The position numbers were made by a program, and so were the translations under genes. This document shows, piece after piece, positions 10,750 to 19,407 of a stretch of DNA of 64,000 bases. Position 1 is the first letter of the stretch. The number at the start of each line of letters is the position of its first letter. The DNA comes from Promethearchaeota archaeon (GTDB taxonomy: Archaea; Asgardarchaeota; Lokiarchaeia; Sigyniarchaeales; SOKP01): assembly GCA_048938855.1 (NCBI GenBank), contig JBHLLT010000002.1, positions 288,001-352,000 on the forward strand. The letters are read 5' to 3'. A model generated the notes under the pieces. The model worked only from the letters and a program-made list of their open reading frames with translations. It did not search any database and was not told where the DNA came from.

Positions 10750-11358
10750 TTAATTATAATCGTCAGGACCAATATTTCCCTCAACTTTTTTCACTTCATT
10801 CAATACCATTTCAAAGAATTCCTCATCAGTTTCTAGAATCTTAATTGGATGTATGAAAAGTCCTGTTACATTAATTGACATGCCTGAAAAATTCGATAAC
10901 ATATCATCTAACATATTTTTCAATTCACTTCTATGTGTTTTTATAACTTTTAATGCATGAGAAAAAGCTTCAATTTGCTCTTCAAGACTGAGAATTGGAA
11001 ACATTGAAAAAGCAACATAAAAATCCTCATCCATTTTCCCAACATAATTATATAAAACATCATAAACCTTCTTTTTTAATACATCATAACCAAATTTAGT
11101 TATTATATAATTTTTTCTTGTCCTATTATCGATTTCTTCTTCAAAACTCTCTACTAGATCATCATTTTCTAATCTATCTAAGGTTCTGTATATAGTGGAG
11201 AAGGAAAAATCCACACCGATATTTGTCCAATCTCTCATTCCTCGTTCTTCAATTCTTTTGTTAATATCATAAGCATGGCATCCTCCTTCATGCATTTTTT
11301 CATTAATTAATCCCAAAATAACAAATGCTCGATGTTTTAAAGTATAATTTTCAGCCAT
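10750..11358 (-). CDS. PadR-family transcriptional regulator
   Basis: ILGLI...HAYDI...STIYRTLDRLE...RKNYIITKFG winged helix; first gene of a tight operon. Confidence 0.88.
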   Translation of the reverse strand: MAENYTLKHRAFVILGLINEKMHEGGCHAYDINKRIEERGMRDWTNIGVDFSFSTIYRTLDRLENDDLVESFEEEIDNRTRKNYIITKFGYDVLKKKVYDVLYNYVGKMDEDFYVAFSMFPILSLEEQIEAFSHALKVIKTHRSELKNMLDDMLSNFSGMSINVTGLFIHPIKILETDEEFFEMVLNEVKKVEGNIGPDDYN

Positions 11359-11371
11359 GGTAATTCATTAT

Positions 11372-11460
11372 TATTTGCATTTTTTAAAAAATGACAATAT
11401 AAGAACAAATATGTAAACACCATATTTAAATATTTGCAAAAAATAAAAAATGACAATATA
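11372..11460. promoter_or_regulatory. Two 30-bp direct repeats TATTTGCA-N12-TGACAATATA; candidate PadR operators
   Basis: Copies at 11372-11401 and 11431-11460, each an imperfect inverted repeat, flanking a TATTTAAATA TATA-like element (~11423-11432) upstream of padR. Confidence 0.65.
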
Positions 11461-11520
11461 TAAAAAATTTCGAAAATCGAGAGATTAAGTAGATTTATCT
11501 TTTTTTGTTCATTTTATCAA

Positions 11521-11880
11521 ATGAAGGTTAAAATAAGTGAGAAATTTATGGATATGAAAGAAATTCTAAAACTATGCAAATTAACTGAGGAAGAAATAAC
11601 AGAATATTTACAATTAACTAAAAATGTTGACCATAAAGAGGATCATTCAAGAGCATACAGAACAATGATGAATCAAACGCGGAGGGGACTATTAAAATTC
11701 ATAGGAACTAATATAAGAACATTTGAAGAGATTGAAAATAATTTTGAGGAAGAATCTGATACTTTAATTTATCACTTATCAATGTTAGAACAGTTGTATT
11801 ATGTTATGAATACAAAAACGGGATGGAAAGCAACCCCAAGAGGCATTGGATTTCTGAATAATGCTATAATGGGAGATTAA
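11521..11880 (+). CDS. ArsR-like winged-helix protein
   Basis: NQTRRGLLKFI...TLIYHLSMLE...WKATPRG pattern. Confidence 0.7.
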   Translation: MKVKISEKFMDMKEILKLCKLTEEEITEYLQLTKNVDHKEDHSRAYRTMMNQTRRGLLKFIGTNIRTFEEIENNFEEESDTLIYHLSMLEQLYYVMNTKTGWKATPRGIGFLNNAIMGD

Positions 11881-12048
11881 AATTGTAAAAGTAAATATTT
11901 CAAATTAAAATTTAATACTTACTTAATATATAATCTTAAAAATAAAATTATTTCAAATTAACTAAATGGCACAATTATCTCTTAATCTCATCCTCTGTCA
12001 TTGGCCTTGATAAATCTCATTTTTTGATATTTATGATCTTCCGAAATA

Positions 12049-13191
12049 TCATATGTTTATATGAATGACTTTTGCTGGAGGAAAACCGTTAAAATGGGTC
12101 GCAGAAGCATTAGTATAAGCCCCAACATTTTCAGAATACAGTAGATCTTCAACATCTAAATCGGGTAACCATTCATTGAGTGAAATTTTATCTAGTGCAT
12201 CACATGTTGGGCCTACAACTGCAGATTCTTTAAGTACACCTTCCTTAAATGCTTTGAAATGATATTGAATATGGTCGAAAATTGTACCTGAAAAAGTATT
12301 ATATACACCATCGTTAACATAATAATATGTTTTATCATTTCTAATTGCTTTACCATTAATTTCAACTATTGCTACAGCACCAGTTGCAACGAAGAAACGT
12401 CCTGGCTCTGCTATTATTTTCATATTGGAGGAATTAAAATATTGTGAAATTTTATTGTTAATTATTTCAGCTAAGGATTCAAAAGATGGAACATTTTCAT
12501 CATAAGGGGCGGGAAATCCTCCACCTATATCTAAAAAAGTTAATTTTTGATCTATCTCTTTTGCCTGTTCAAAAATGTTATAAGCAATTTGAAATGCTTG
12601 GTTATAATTATCAAGATTACTACATTGACTACCAACATGAAAACTTAATCCTTCAACGTCAAATCCTGCCTTTTTAGCATACTTTATTAAGTCTATACAA
12701 ATCTTAGGGTTTGCCCCAAACTTAGTAGAGAGTTCCACAACTGAACCAGTGTTAGGAACATCAACTCTTAATATTAAACGGTTATTTTTGCAATATTTAG
12801 CAATCTTATCAATTTCTATATAGTTATCAAAAGTCATCCGGATAGAATATTCATTAAGTTTTTTTAATGAGTCAATTCTCTTTACAGGATTAGCATAAAT
12901 TACCTTTTCATTGATAAAAGCTTTTTTATCCTCATGATTTCCTTTAATAGTATCATATACAATCATAAGTTCTTCCCAAGAAGCAACATCAAATCCAGCA
13001 CCTTCTTTATAGAGAGTTTCTACTATTTTTAACTCAGGATTAGCTTTAATCGCATAAAATGGTTTTACACGAGAAAGATATTTACAGAATTTGTGATAGT
13101 TTGATCTTATTAAATTATGATCGATAACAATCAAAGGAGTACCATTTTTATTTACCATATCTAACAAAGTTGATTTATCAATCATTTTCAT
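12049..13191 (-). CDS. Ornithine (lysine/ornithine) decarboxylase, PLP fold type III
   Basis: PFYAIKANP (PLP Lys), GFDVAS, SFHVGSQC, LDIGGGFP, IIAEPGRFFV, YVNDGVY, GPTCDALD, GAYT. Confidence 0.9.
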   Translation of the reverse strand: MKMIDKSTLLDMVNKNGTPLIVIDHNLIRSNYHKFCKYLSRVKPFYAIKANPELKIVETLYKEGAGFDVASWEELMIVYDTIKGNHEDKKAFINEKVIYANPVKRIDSLKKLNEYSIRMTFDNYIEIDKIAKYCKNNRLILRVDVPNTGSVVELSTKFGANPKICIDLIKYAKKAGFDVEGLSFHVGSQCSNLDNYNQAFQIAYNIFEQAKEIDQKLTFLDIGGGFPAPYDENVPSFESLAEIINNKISQYFNSSNMKIIAEPGRFFVATGAVAIVEINGKAIRNDKTYYYVNDGVYNTFSGTIFDHIQYHFKAFKEGVLKESAVVGPTCDALDKISLNEWLPDLDVEDLLYSENVGAYTNASATHFNGFPPAKVIHINI

Positions 13192-13481
13192 TTAATTTTG
13201 ATTTTTAATGAATTTAATATGGCATAGTTAAAATCTTTTTTATACAAATACGTCTGAATCCAAGTAAGTAAACATCTAAAAATCTAGAGAAGCATTATAT
13301 TTAAAGAAGCATCTTTTTCATAGTTCTTTTAACATTCCTTGGTAACAAACCTTCAGCCATTTAATCTATTTTTATAAATAATCTAAAAATAAGAGTGTAT
13401 GAGAGAAAAATTTTCTCAACTTCCTCGATAATATGTATTATAGGAACGAATTTGAGTCCACAAATCAGTATTCTGTATTCA

Positions 13482-14282
13482 CTATCCACGGAATCTTCTT
13501 TCTAACGTTTTAGTATGCAATATGATAGCTAAAAATAAAAAACCAAAACCGAAAACTATCAAGATACCAACATCAAATAGTACTCCTAATGGTCCAAATA
13601 CACTAGTACTTCCCAAACCAATATTTATAATATCAATGAAATATGTTAATGGAGATATGAAAACTATTGGTGATAAAGTTATTGGCATGAATAAGGGACT
13701 TATAAACACTAATGGAAATTTAATGAGAACTGTAAATACCATTGTGTTCCCAGGGGTATCTGTGGAAGGAACTGACAATATAAGACTAAAGCACGCGAAA
13801 GCTAAACCAGCGATTACCATACCAGTTATAACATAGAAAAGATTTATTGTTAATTCCGCTGACAGAAAAATCATCCCAATTATTAATGGAATTGATGAAA
13901 ATATAATTCCATAAATAAAAGTACTCCAAACACTCCCGATTAATATCGTCTTTATCGATATAGGGCATGTTACTAATCTTTCGAATGTTCTCCTCATTGT
14001 CTCCCAAGGAAATACTATAGGTCCAATTGAAGTTGATGTTAAAAATGTGATCATTGCCATTAGACCAGAAATTAAATAGATTGGTTGTACACTCCTCCCC
14101 AGAGTCAGAGCTATGAAAAGTATTATTGGAAAAAGAATTCCTTGAATTAAAACAGGAGGTTTATTGTAATAGATTTTTAAGTCTTTTTTTGTAATTACAA
14201 ATGATCTCTTTAACTGAATGATAAAAGTGCTCATCTTGTTACGTTCTAAAATCATCTCACTCAATTTTAACACCTCTCTCAA
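13482..14282 (-). CDS. ABC-2 type exporter permease (true start probably slightly downstream of the ORF-track start)
   Basis: About six hydrophobic segments, WETMRRTFERLVTCP, ISPLTY; adjacent to an ABC ATPase. Confidence 0.85.
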   Translation of the reverse strand: MREVLKLSEMILERNKMSTFIIQLKRSFVITKKDLKIYYNKPPVLIQGILFPIILFIALTLGRSVQPIYLISGLMAMITFLTSTSIGPIVFPWETMRRTFERLVTCPISIKTILIGSVWSTFIYGIIFSSIPLIIGMIFLSAELTINLFYVITGMVIAGLAFACFSLILSVPSTDTPGNTMVFTVLIKFPLVFISPLFMPITLSPIVFISPLTYFIDIINIGLGSTSVFGPLGVLFDVGILIVFGFGFLFLAIILHTKTLERRFRG

Positions 14283-15249
14283 TAATTTTTAAAAATGCTT
14301 CCTCTAATTTAGGTTCATGAGTACTAAGATGTTTTATCTTTATATTTTTGGATTTAATATAATCAATTAATTCGAAGATGGAATTATGGATATCTTCGAC
14401 GATAATATGTACACCTTCTTGAGTCTTTTGAACCTCGCTAACACTATGGAGATTTTTGATTTCTCCTAAATTTACTCCATTTTCAAAATTTAAATCTATT
14501 GCTTGATAATCCTGTGTTATTTTCCTTATATTTTCTGGCGTGTCTAGACTAATTATCCTTCCATGATTGATTATTGCAATTCTATCACATAATTCATTAG
14601 CAACTTCCATATCATGCGTCGTCAAAAAGATTGTCATCCCGTTTTCGTTGTATTCTTTTATCAATTGTTTTATTATCTTTGCAGATTGAACATCAAGACC
14701 AGATGTAGGTTCATCAAGGAAGAGTATTTTTGGATTAGTCATCAAAGCCATACACAATAGCAATCGCTGTTTCATCCCTTTTGAGTATTTTTTTGCTTTA
14801 AGAGTTCGTTTCTCATACAAATCAAATTGTTTCAGTAAACTCTCTGCCTTTATAATCCGTTCTTTTTTAGGTATACCATAAATTTCTCCAATAAACATTA
14901 AATTATCCCATCCTGAAAAGGAAATGTATACATTTGCCATTTCAGGTACATTTCCAGTAACTTGTTTGACAGTGATTTGACTTTTCCATGCATTTAAACC
15001 AAAAATTTTTATTTCTCCTTGAGTTGGTTTTAAAACGCCAGTCATCATCCGAATTGTAGTAGTTTTACCGGCACCATTTGGCCCCAAAAATCCAAATATT
15101 TCTCCCTCTTTCACTTCAAAGCTAATATTATCGACAGCCCGGATGATACTTATTTTCATTTGAGGACCATTTGGCCCCAATTTTCCATGCTTTGCCCTTC
15201 TAGGCGGTTCAAAATGCTTAGATAAATTACTTACAACAATAGCACTCAA
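14257..15249 (-). CDS. ABC-2 exporter ATP-binding subunit (DrrA-like)
   Basis: GPNGAGKTT, YSKGMKQR, LFLDEPTSGLD, LTTH; TTG start. Confidence 0.92.
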   Translation of the reverse strand: MSAIVVSNLSKHFEPPRRAKHGKLGPNGPQMKISIIRAVDNISFEVKEGEIFGFLGPNGAGKTTTIRMMTGVLKPTQGEIKIFGLNAWKSQITVKQVTGNVPEMANVYISFSGWDNLMFIGEIYGIPKKERIIKAESLLKQFDLYEKRTLKAKKYSKGMKQRLLLCMALMTNPKILFLDEPTSGLDVQSAKIIKQLIKEYNENGMTIFLTTHDMEVANELCDRIAIINHGRIISLDTPENIRKITQDYQAIDLNFENGVNLGEIKNLHSVSEVQKTQEGVHIIVEDIHNSIFELIDYIKSKNIKIKHLSTHEPKLEEAFLKIIERGVKIE

Positions 15250-15271
15250 TATAGCACCTCTTTAAAAAAAA

Positions 15272-15430
15272 TTATTTATCTTCTTCTTCTACTTGAATGT
15301 GCTTTAATAACTCATTAATCGGTTGATCCCCATGACACTTGATTATTTGGTTTAAAGTACATCCTAGGGGATGTTTTTCTTTTATTTCCGGTTTATCGCA
15401 AGCACATTCTTCTGTTTCTTTAATTTTCAT
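15272..15430 (-). CDS. 52-aa Cys/His microprotein MKIKETEECACDKPEIKEKHPLGCTLNQIIKCHGDQPINELLKHIQVEEEDK (absent from ORF track)
   Basis: Hand translation ATG 15430 to TAA 15272; GAGG upstream; four Cys with a CHG motif; ends 22 bp before the ABC ATPase start. Confidence 0.7.
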   Translation of the reverse strand: MKIKETEECACDKPEIKEKHPLGCTLNQIIKCHGDQPINELLKHIQVEEEDK

Positions 15431-15465
15431 TTTATATTTTCCTCATCATTTTAACTTTAATTTTA

Positions 15466-15492
15466 ATTAGTTAAGTGACAGATTAAACTAAT
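15466..15492. promoter_or_regulatory. Inverted repeat ATTAGTT-N13-AACTAAT; candidate ArsR operator
   Basis: Perfect 7-bp arms in the divergent intergenic region between the microprotein/ABC operon and the ArsR gene; AT-rich, so could be chance. Confidence 0.4.
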
Positions 15493-15537
15493 CAAACCCA
15501 ATATTTAAATCTTTTTTTTTTTTAATTTTTATTAGAT

Positions 15538-15885
15538 ATGACAAAAGAAATAGATCTTGAAAATATTGGTACTTACATAAAAGCTTTGCATTGTCAAATT
15601 CGATGGGTTATAATAGATATTTTAAGAGATGGGCCAAAATCTTCAGATGAACTTTATACTCATCTCAAAAGTGTAAGTGAGAATTTAAATGGTAATAACC
15701 AGTGCCATGGATTGTGTGGTAAAGGAGATTTTAAGGATTTAAAAAAACCATCATTGTACTATCATCTTAGAGAGTTAGAAAGTGTTGATATAATTACGGC
15801 AGATTATAGACCTAGCGAGAGTAAAAGAGCTCCAGAAAAAGTATGGAAGCTAAACATGGAAAAACTAACAATAAATTTGAAATAA
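15538..15885 (+). CDS. ArsR/SmtB-like regulator with a Cys/His insertion
   Basis: KALHCQIRWVIIDILRDGPKS...SLYYHLRELE; extra QCHGLCGKG loop inside the HTH. Confidence 0.8.
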   Translation: MTKEIDLENIGTYIKALHCQIRWVIIDILRDGPKSSDELYTHLKSVSENLNGNNQCHGLCGKGDFKDLKKPSLYYHLRELESVDIITADYRPSESKRAPEKVWKLNMEKLTINLK

Positions 15886-16060
15886 TCTTAATCTTATAAC
15901 ATTTCAGTATTAAATATCGTATCAACCATTTCTATAATTATTTTATTTATCTTCCGGCATCAAATTAAAAATTTTATCCTTTTTTTTAAGGTCATCTTTT
16001 AGAAGTAAATGTTATTAACGATTTTGTATTAAGTTCTTTAGCGATTTTGGAGTTTTAGTT

Positions 16061-17485
16061 ATGAGTGATAATACTGAAGAGATATTAACATTAATTGCTG
16101 AAAAAGCAAAGTTAGCTGAAGGTTCTGAAGGTGTACGCTCTATTCTATTAACCATGTATCGCTTTCCTTCCTTAAAAAATAAAAAAGTATCCCAAAAAAC
16201 AGGGATTGCAGTCCCTTCCCTAGCAGCAGTTAGAGGTGAATTAGTTAAAGCAGGAATTATTGAAAAAAAGAATTTTCTTGGAGAATTAGGGAGAGATTGG
16301 ATAAAAAAACGCCTCAAATTACAATTTAATTATGATCCTCTTCCTGAAAGTTTCAATAGCATAATAAAAGAAGTACCAGAAGAATTCACATACTTGAATT
16401 CTATTAAAGATTTGCTTAATAACCGACCAGATCCAGAATTTTCACTTGATCAATCTCATGCAGATTTCTCAACTATCGTAAAGAAAGTTCTCTATTTATT
16501 GAAAAAAGGAGAGATCGAGGGAAGAAAAATAATATTCCTTGGAGATGATGATGTAATATCCTTAGCTTTAGGGTTAACAAAACTAGCTGATCAAATAACT
16601 GTAGTAGATATTGATAATCGCGTTTTAGATTTTATCTATCAATCAGCACAGGACCGCAATTTAAAGAATTTTGAAGTAATAAACCACGATTTAAGAAAAT
16701 CATGCCCAAAAACAATAATGAATAAATTTGACGTAGTTATCATGGATCCGCCTTATACTATCGAAGGTTTGAGATTATTTTTAAAAAGAGCAAGGCAAAT
16801 TATAAAGTCAAATTTAAAAATCAATGATAAAATATACCCTATTGTTGGAAAAAAGTGCCTTCTTAGTTTTGGAAATAAACCACCAGTACAAATGCAAAAA
16901 TTGCAATTAGCAATATTGGATCATGGATTTATAATTAACGAGATGCTACCTGATTTTAATCATTACGAAGGTGCTAGTATAATCGGGAAATTCAGTCATC
17001 TTTACTTCTTACAATCTGTAATAAATCCAAACGATAAATACAATCTTAACTTTTTTTCACAACCTATATACACTTCTGAAGTAAAATTAATACCTGATTA
17101 TTCATTTCGACCAGTTGGATTTCATTTTGTTGGTGAAATGCATTTTAAAAATCAAGATTATTTATTAGAAAATGAAGTAATCCATAAGATTTTTATAGAC
17201 TCCCTTATAAATGCCGATTTAACAATTCTCGATGTTTATCATCATAATTATCATCCATATGGATATAGTGCTATTGCTATATTGAAAACTAGTCATGCAG
17301 CAATTCATACATGGCCTGAGCATGGATATATTAGTATTGATATCTTTATTTGTGAAGGATATGAAAAAGGCTTAAGTGTAATTAAATTTTTGAAAGATAA
17401 GTTAATTCCATTAGAATCTGAATTTTACTATGCTGAACGCGGAAAAAAAGGTATAATAGAATATAAAATACTTGAATTAAAATGA
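16061..17485 (+). CDS. Fusion: wHTH + BpsA-like (DUF43, bis-aminopropyl spermidine synthase family) aminopropyltransferase + C-terminal pyruvoyl S-adenosylmethionine decarboxylase (SpeD/SpeH-like) domain
   Basis: RP...LDQSH, IFLGDDD, VVDIDNR, HDLR, DPPYT (BpsA family); from ~17117 GFHFVGE...PYGYSAIAILKT-SHAAIHTWPEHGYISIDIFIC (AdoMetDC proenzyme). Confidence 0.85.
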   Translation: MSDNTEEILTLIAEKAKLAEGSEGVRSILLTMYRFPSLKNKKVSQKTGIAVPSLAAVRGELVKAGIIEKKNFLGELGRDWIKKRLKLQFNYDPLPESFNSIIKEVPEEFTYLNSIKDLLNNRPDPEFSLDQSHADFSTIVKKVLYLLKKGEIEGRKIIFLGDDDVISLALGLTKLADQITVVDIDNRVLDFIYQSAQDRNLKNFEVINHDLRKSCPKTIMNKFDVVIMDPPYTIEGLRLFLKRARQIIKSNLKINDKIYPIVGKKCLLSFGNKPPVQMQKLQLAILDHGFIINEMLPDFNHYEGASIIGKFSHLYFLQSVINPNDKYNLNFFSQPIYTSEVKLIPDYSFRPVGFHFVGEMHFKNQDYLLENEVIHKIFIDSLINADLTILDVYHHNYHPYGYSAIAILKTSHAAIHTWPEHGYISIDIFICEGYEKGLSVIKFLKDKLIPLESEFYYAERGKKGIIEYKILELK

Positions 17486-17543
17486 ATTAAATCTTAAATC
17501 ATCAATTATTTGACTTTATTATAATTAAAAACTTTCAGAAAGA

Positions 17544-17930
17544 ATGGTTATAAATATGGATAAAAAAATAGTTTTTATTAGATTTATTTATTGGTATGGT
17601 GCTCTTTTGGATTTCTTAGTCTTTCTTGATATGATTATATCAATTATCTTTGAATTTTCCCTAACTATACCAAATGTGAGTACAGAAATTTCATATAAAT
17701 ACCAAACTGGTACTGGAGCATTTTTAATGCTCGGATGGACTTTTCTCTTAATTTGGGCGGACCGTAAACCTATAGAACGTAAAGATATATTACTTCTGAC
17801 AGCAATTCCCGTAGTTCTTGGGATAATGGTGATAAATATGCTTTATACTCCACTCTGGTTTCTTTCTGTTATTACACTAATTATCTTCCTAATCGCGTAT
17901 TGGATTGCTAAATCTGTAGATAAAGCTTAA
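17544..17930 (+). CDS. Small membrane protein
   Basis: Four hydrophobic segments; LMLGWTFLLIWADRKPIERK motif. Confidence 0.7.
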   Translation: MVINMDKKIVFIRFIYWYGALLDFLVFLDMIISIIFEFSLTIPNVSTEISYKYQTGTGAFLMLGWTFLLIWADRKPIERKDILLLTAIPVVLGIMVINMLYTPLWFLSVITLIIFLIAYWIAKSVDKA

Positions 17931-18140
17931 ATAAACACATGTGTATAACACTTAAGCTAGCTAAGAAAAATCCAAACAAAAAATGCTTTAAAATAATCTA
18001 GTTAAAGATAATATAAAAAAAGCTGATTACTATAGTATACTATTCTACTTTAAAAATATTGAATTAAATTTATATAAGACGGTTGTGTCTTAATGTTTAA
18101 CCTTTAATTTATCTAGAAAAATCAAAAGGTTGAATTAAAA

Positions 18141-18575
18141 ATGACTGAAGAAAAAAAAAAAGATTCAAATGAATTATTGAACTTCTTGATGATAATTATT
18201 GGTGGTCTTTTTATATTCAAAGCCATTACTGACTTCTTAGCTTGGGCTAATGTTATACCCCTCCCATCATGGTTGACTCTAGGAGACGAAGCATTATCTA
18301 TGTTTGGAGGACAAGGTATAATTTCAATACTTTTAGGTTTCTGGTGTCTTGTATCAGGTATAGGTATGTTCAGAGAAGAAGAGTATGCAATGGGAATAGG
18401 ACTGGTTGTTCTAAGTATCATGGCAGCAGTAGGAATTACTGCTATTGTAGGTTGGATAACAAGTCCTGGTTCATTCGATGCAGCATATTGGCCAAATTAT
18501 GTTACAATTGCAGCAACAGCGATAGGAGTATTAGGTTTTATCTGGTTACTCTTTACATACAAGAGATATGATTAA
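18141..18575 (+). CDS. Four-TM membrane protein
   Basis: Hydrophobic helices; T-tract downstream. Confidence 0.7.
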   Translation: MTEEKKKDSNELLNFLMIIIGGLFIFKAITDFLAWANVIPLPSWLTLGDEALSMFGGQGIISILLGFWCLVSGIGMFREEEYAMGIGLVVLSIMAAVGITAIVGWITSPGSFDAAYWPNYVTIAATAIGVLGFIWLLFTYKRYD

Positions 18576-18717
18576 ATAGAGTAGTCTTTTATAAATCTAA
18601 AATTAAATCTTTTTTTTTAATTATTTCTAATAAAATAGATATTTAGATTAAAATGAAAAAACATAATTAGATTTAAAAATTAAACAGTTAATTGATTTTC
18701 ATTAGTAATAAGTATAA

Positions 18718-19389
18718 GTGAATATTTTGAAATTATCCCAGTTTCTTAAGAAAATTGATTGGTTAAAAACTGATCATCCTTATGGAAGTGCTTGCATAAG
18801 GATAAGCATTGAGATTACTATTTACATTGATCCTGTCAATTTATCAGAAGAAAATATGTTAAAAAAGGCTGATCTTATCCTATTAACTCATTCACATGAT
18901 GATCACTTTTCTGTTGAAACTTTAGAGAAGATTGTAAAACCAACAACAATTATTGTCTGTCCTTCTGATTGTGAAAAATCTCTCATCCAAGAACAATATG
19001 AATTCAATATTTATGTGGTAAGTCCCGGAGAAAATATTACATTGAACCATACCAAAATAAATGCAATTCCAGCATACTCAACTGTTGTGCATCCAAATTC
19101 TGAAGGGTGGTTAGGATATGTTATTGAAATTAATGATTTTCGATTATACCTTTCAGGAGATTCAGCTTATATTCCAGAGATGAATAATTTAAAAAATATT
19201 GACATTGCTTTTTTCAATATAAGAGAACCATATCAGATGAGTCCAAAGGAAGTAATTCAAGCTATAAAAGCATTTAAACCAAATATTGCAATACCTATAC
19301 ATTGGATAGAGGAAGAGAAAGAAAACATAGACTATATTATAGAACATTCTCCAAAATCCACAGAAATATTAATTCTTAAAACTAAATAA
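18718..19389 (+). CDS. Metallo-beta-lactamase-fold hydrolase
   Basis: IYIDP, LTHSHDDHF, YLSGDS, AIPIHW. Confidence 0.88.
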   Translation: MNILKLSQFLKKIDWLKTDHPYGSACIRISIEITIYIDPVNLSEENMLKKADLILLTHSHDDHFSVETLEKIVKPTTIIVCPSDCEKSLIQEQYEFNIYVVSPGENITLNHTKINAIPAYSTVVHPNSEGWLGYVIEINDFRLYLSGDSAYIPEMNNLKNIDIAFFNIREPYQMSPKEVIQAIKAFKPNIAIPIHWIEEEKENIDYIIEHSPKSTEILILKTK

Positions 19390-19407
19390 AATTTTACCTA
19401 TTCTAAA

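Noticed and set aside
17935-17965. Short palindromes ACACATGTGT and AGCTAGCT after the 17930 stop
   Set aside because: Too short, and single-copy; compatible with chance
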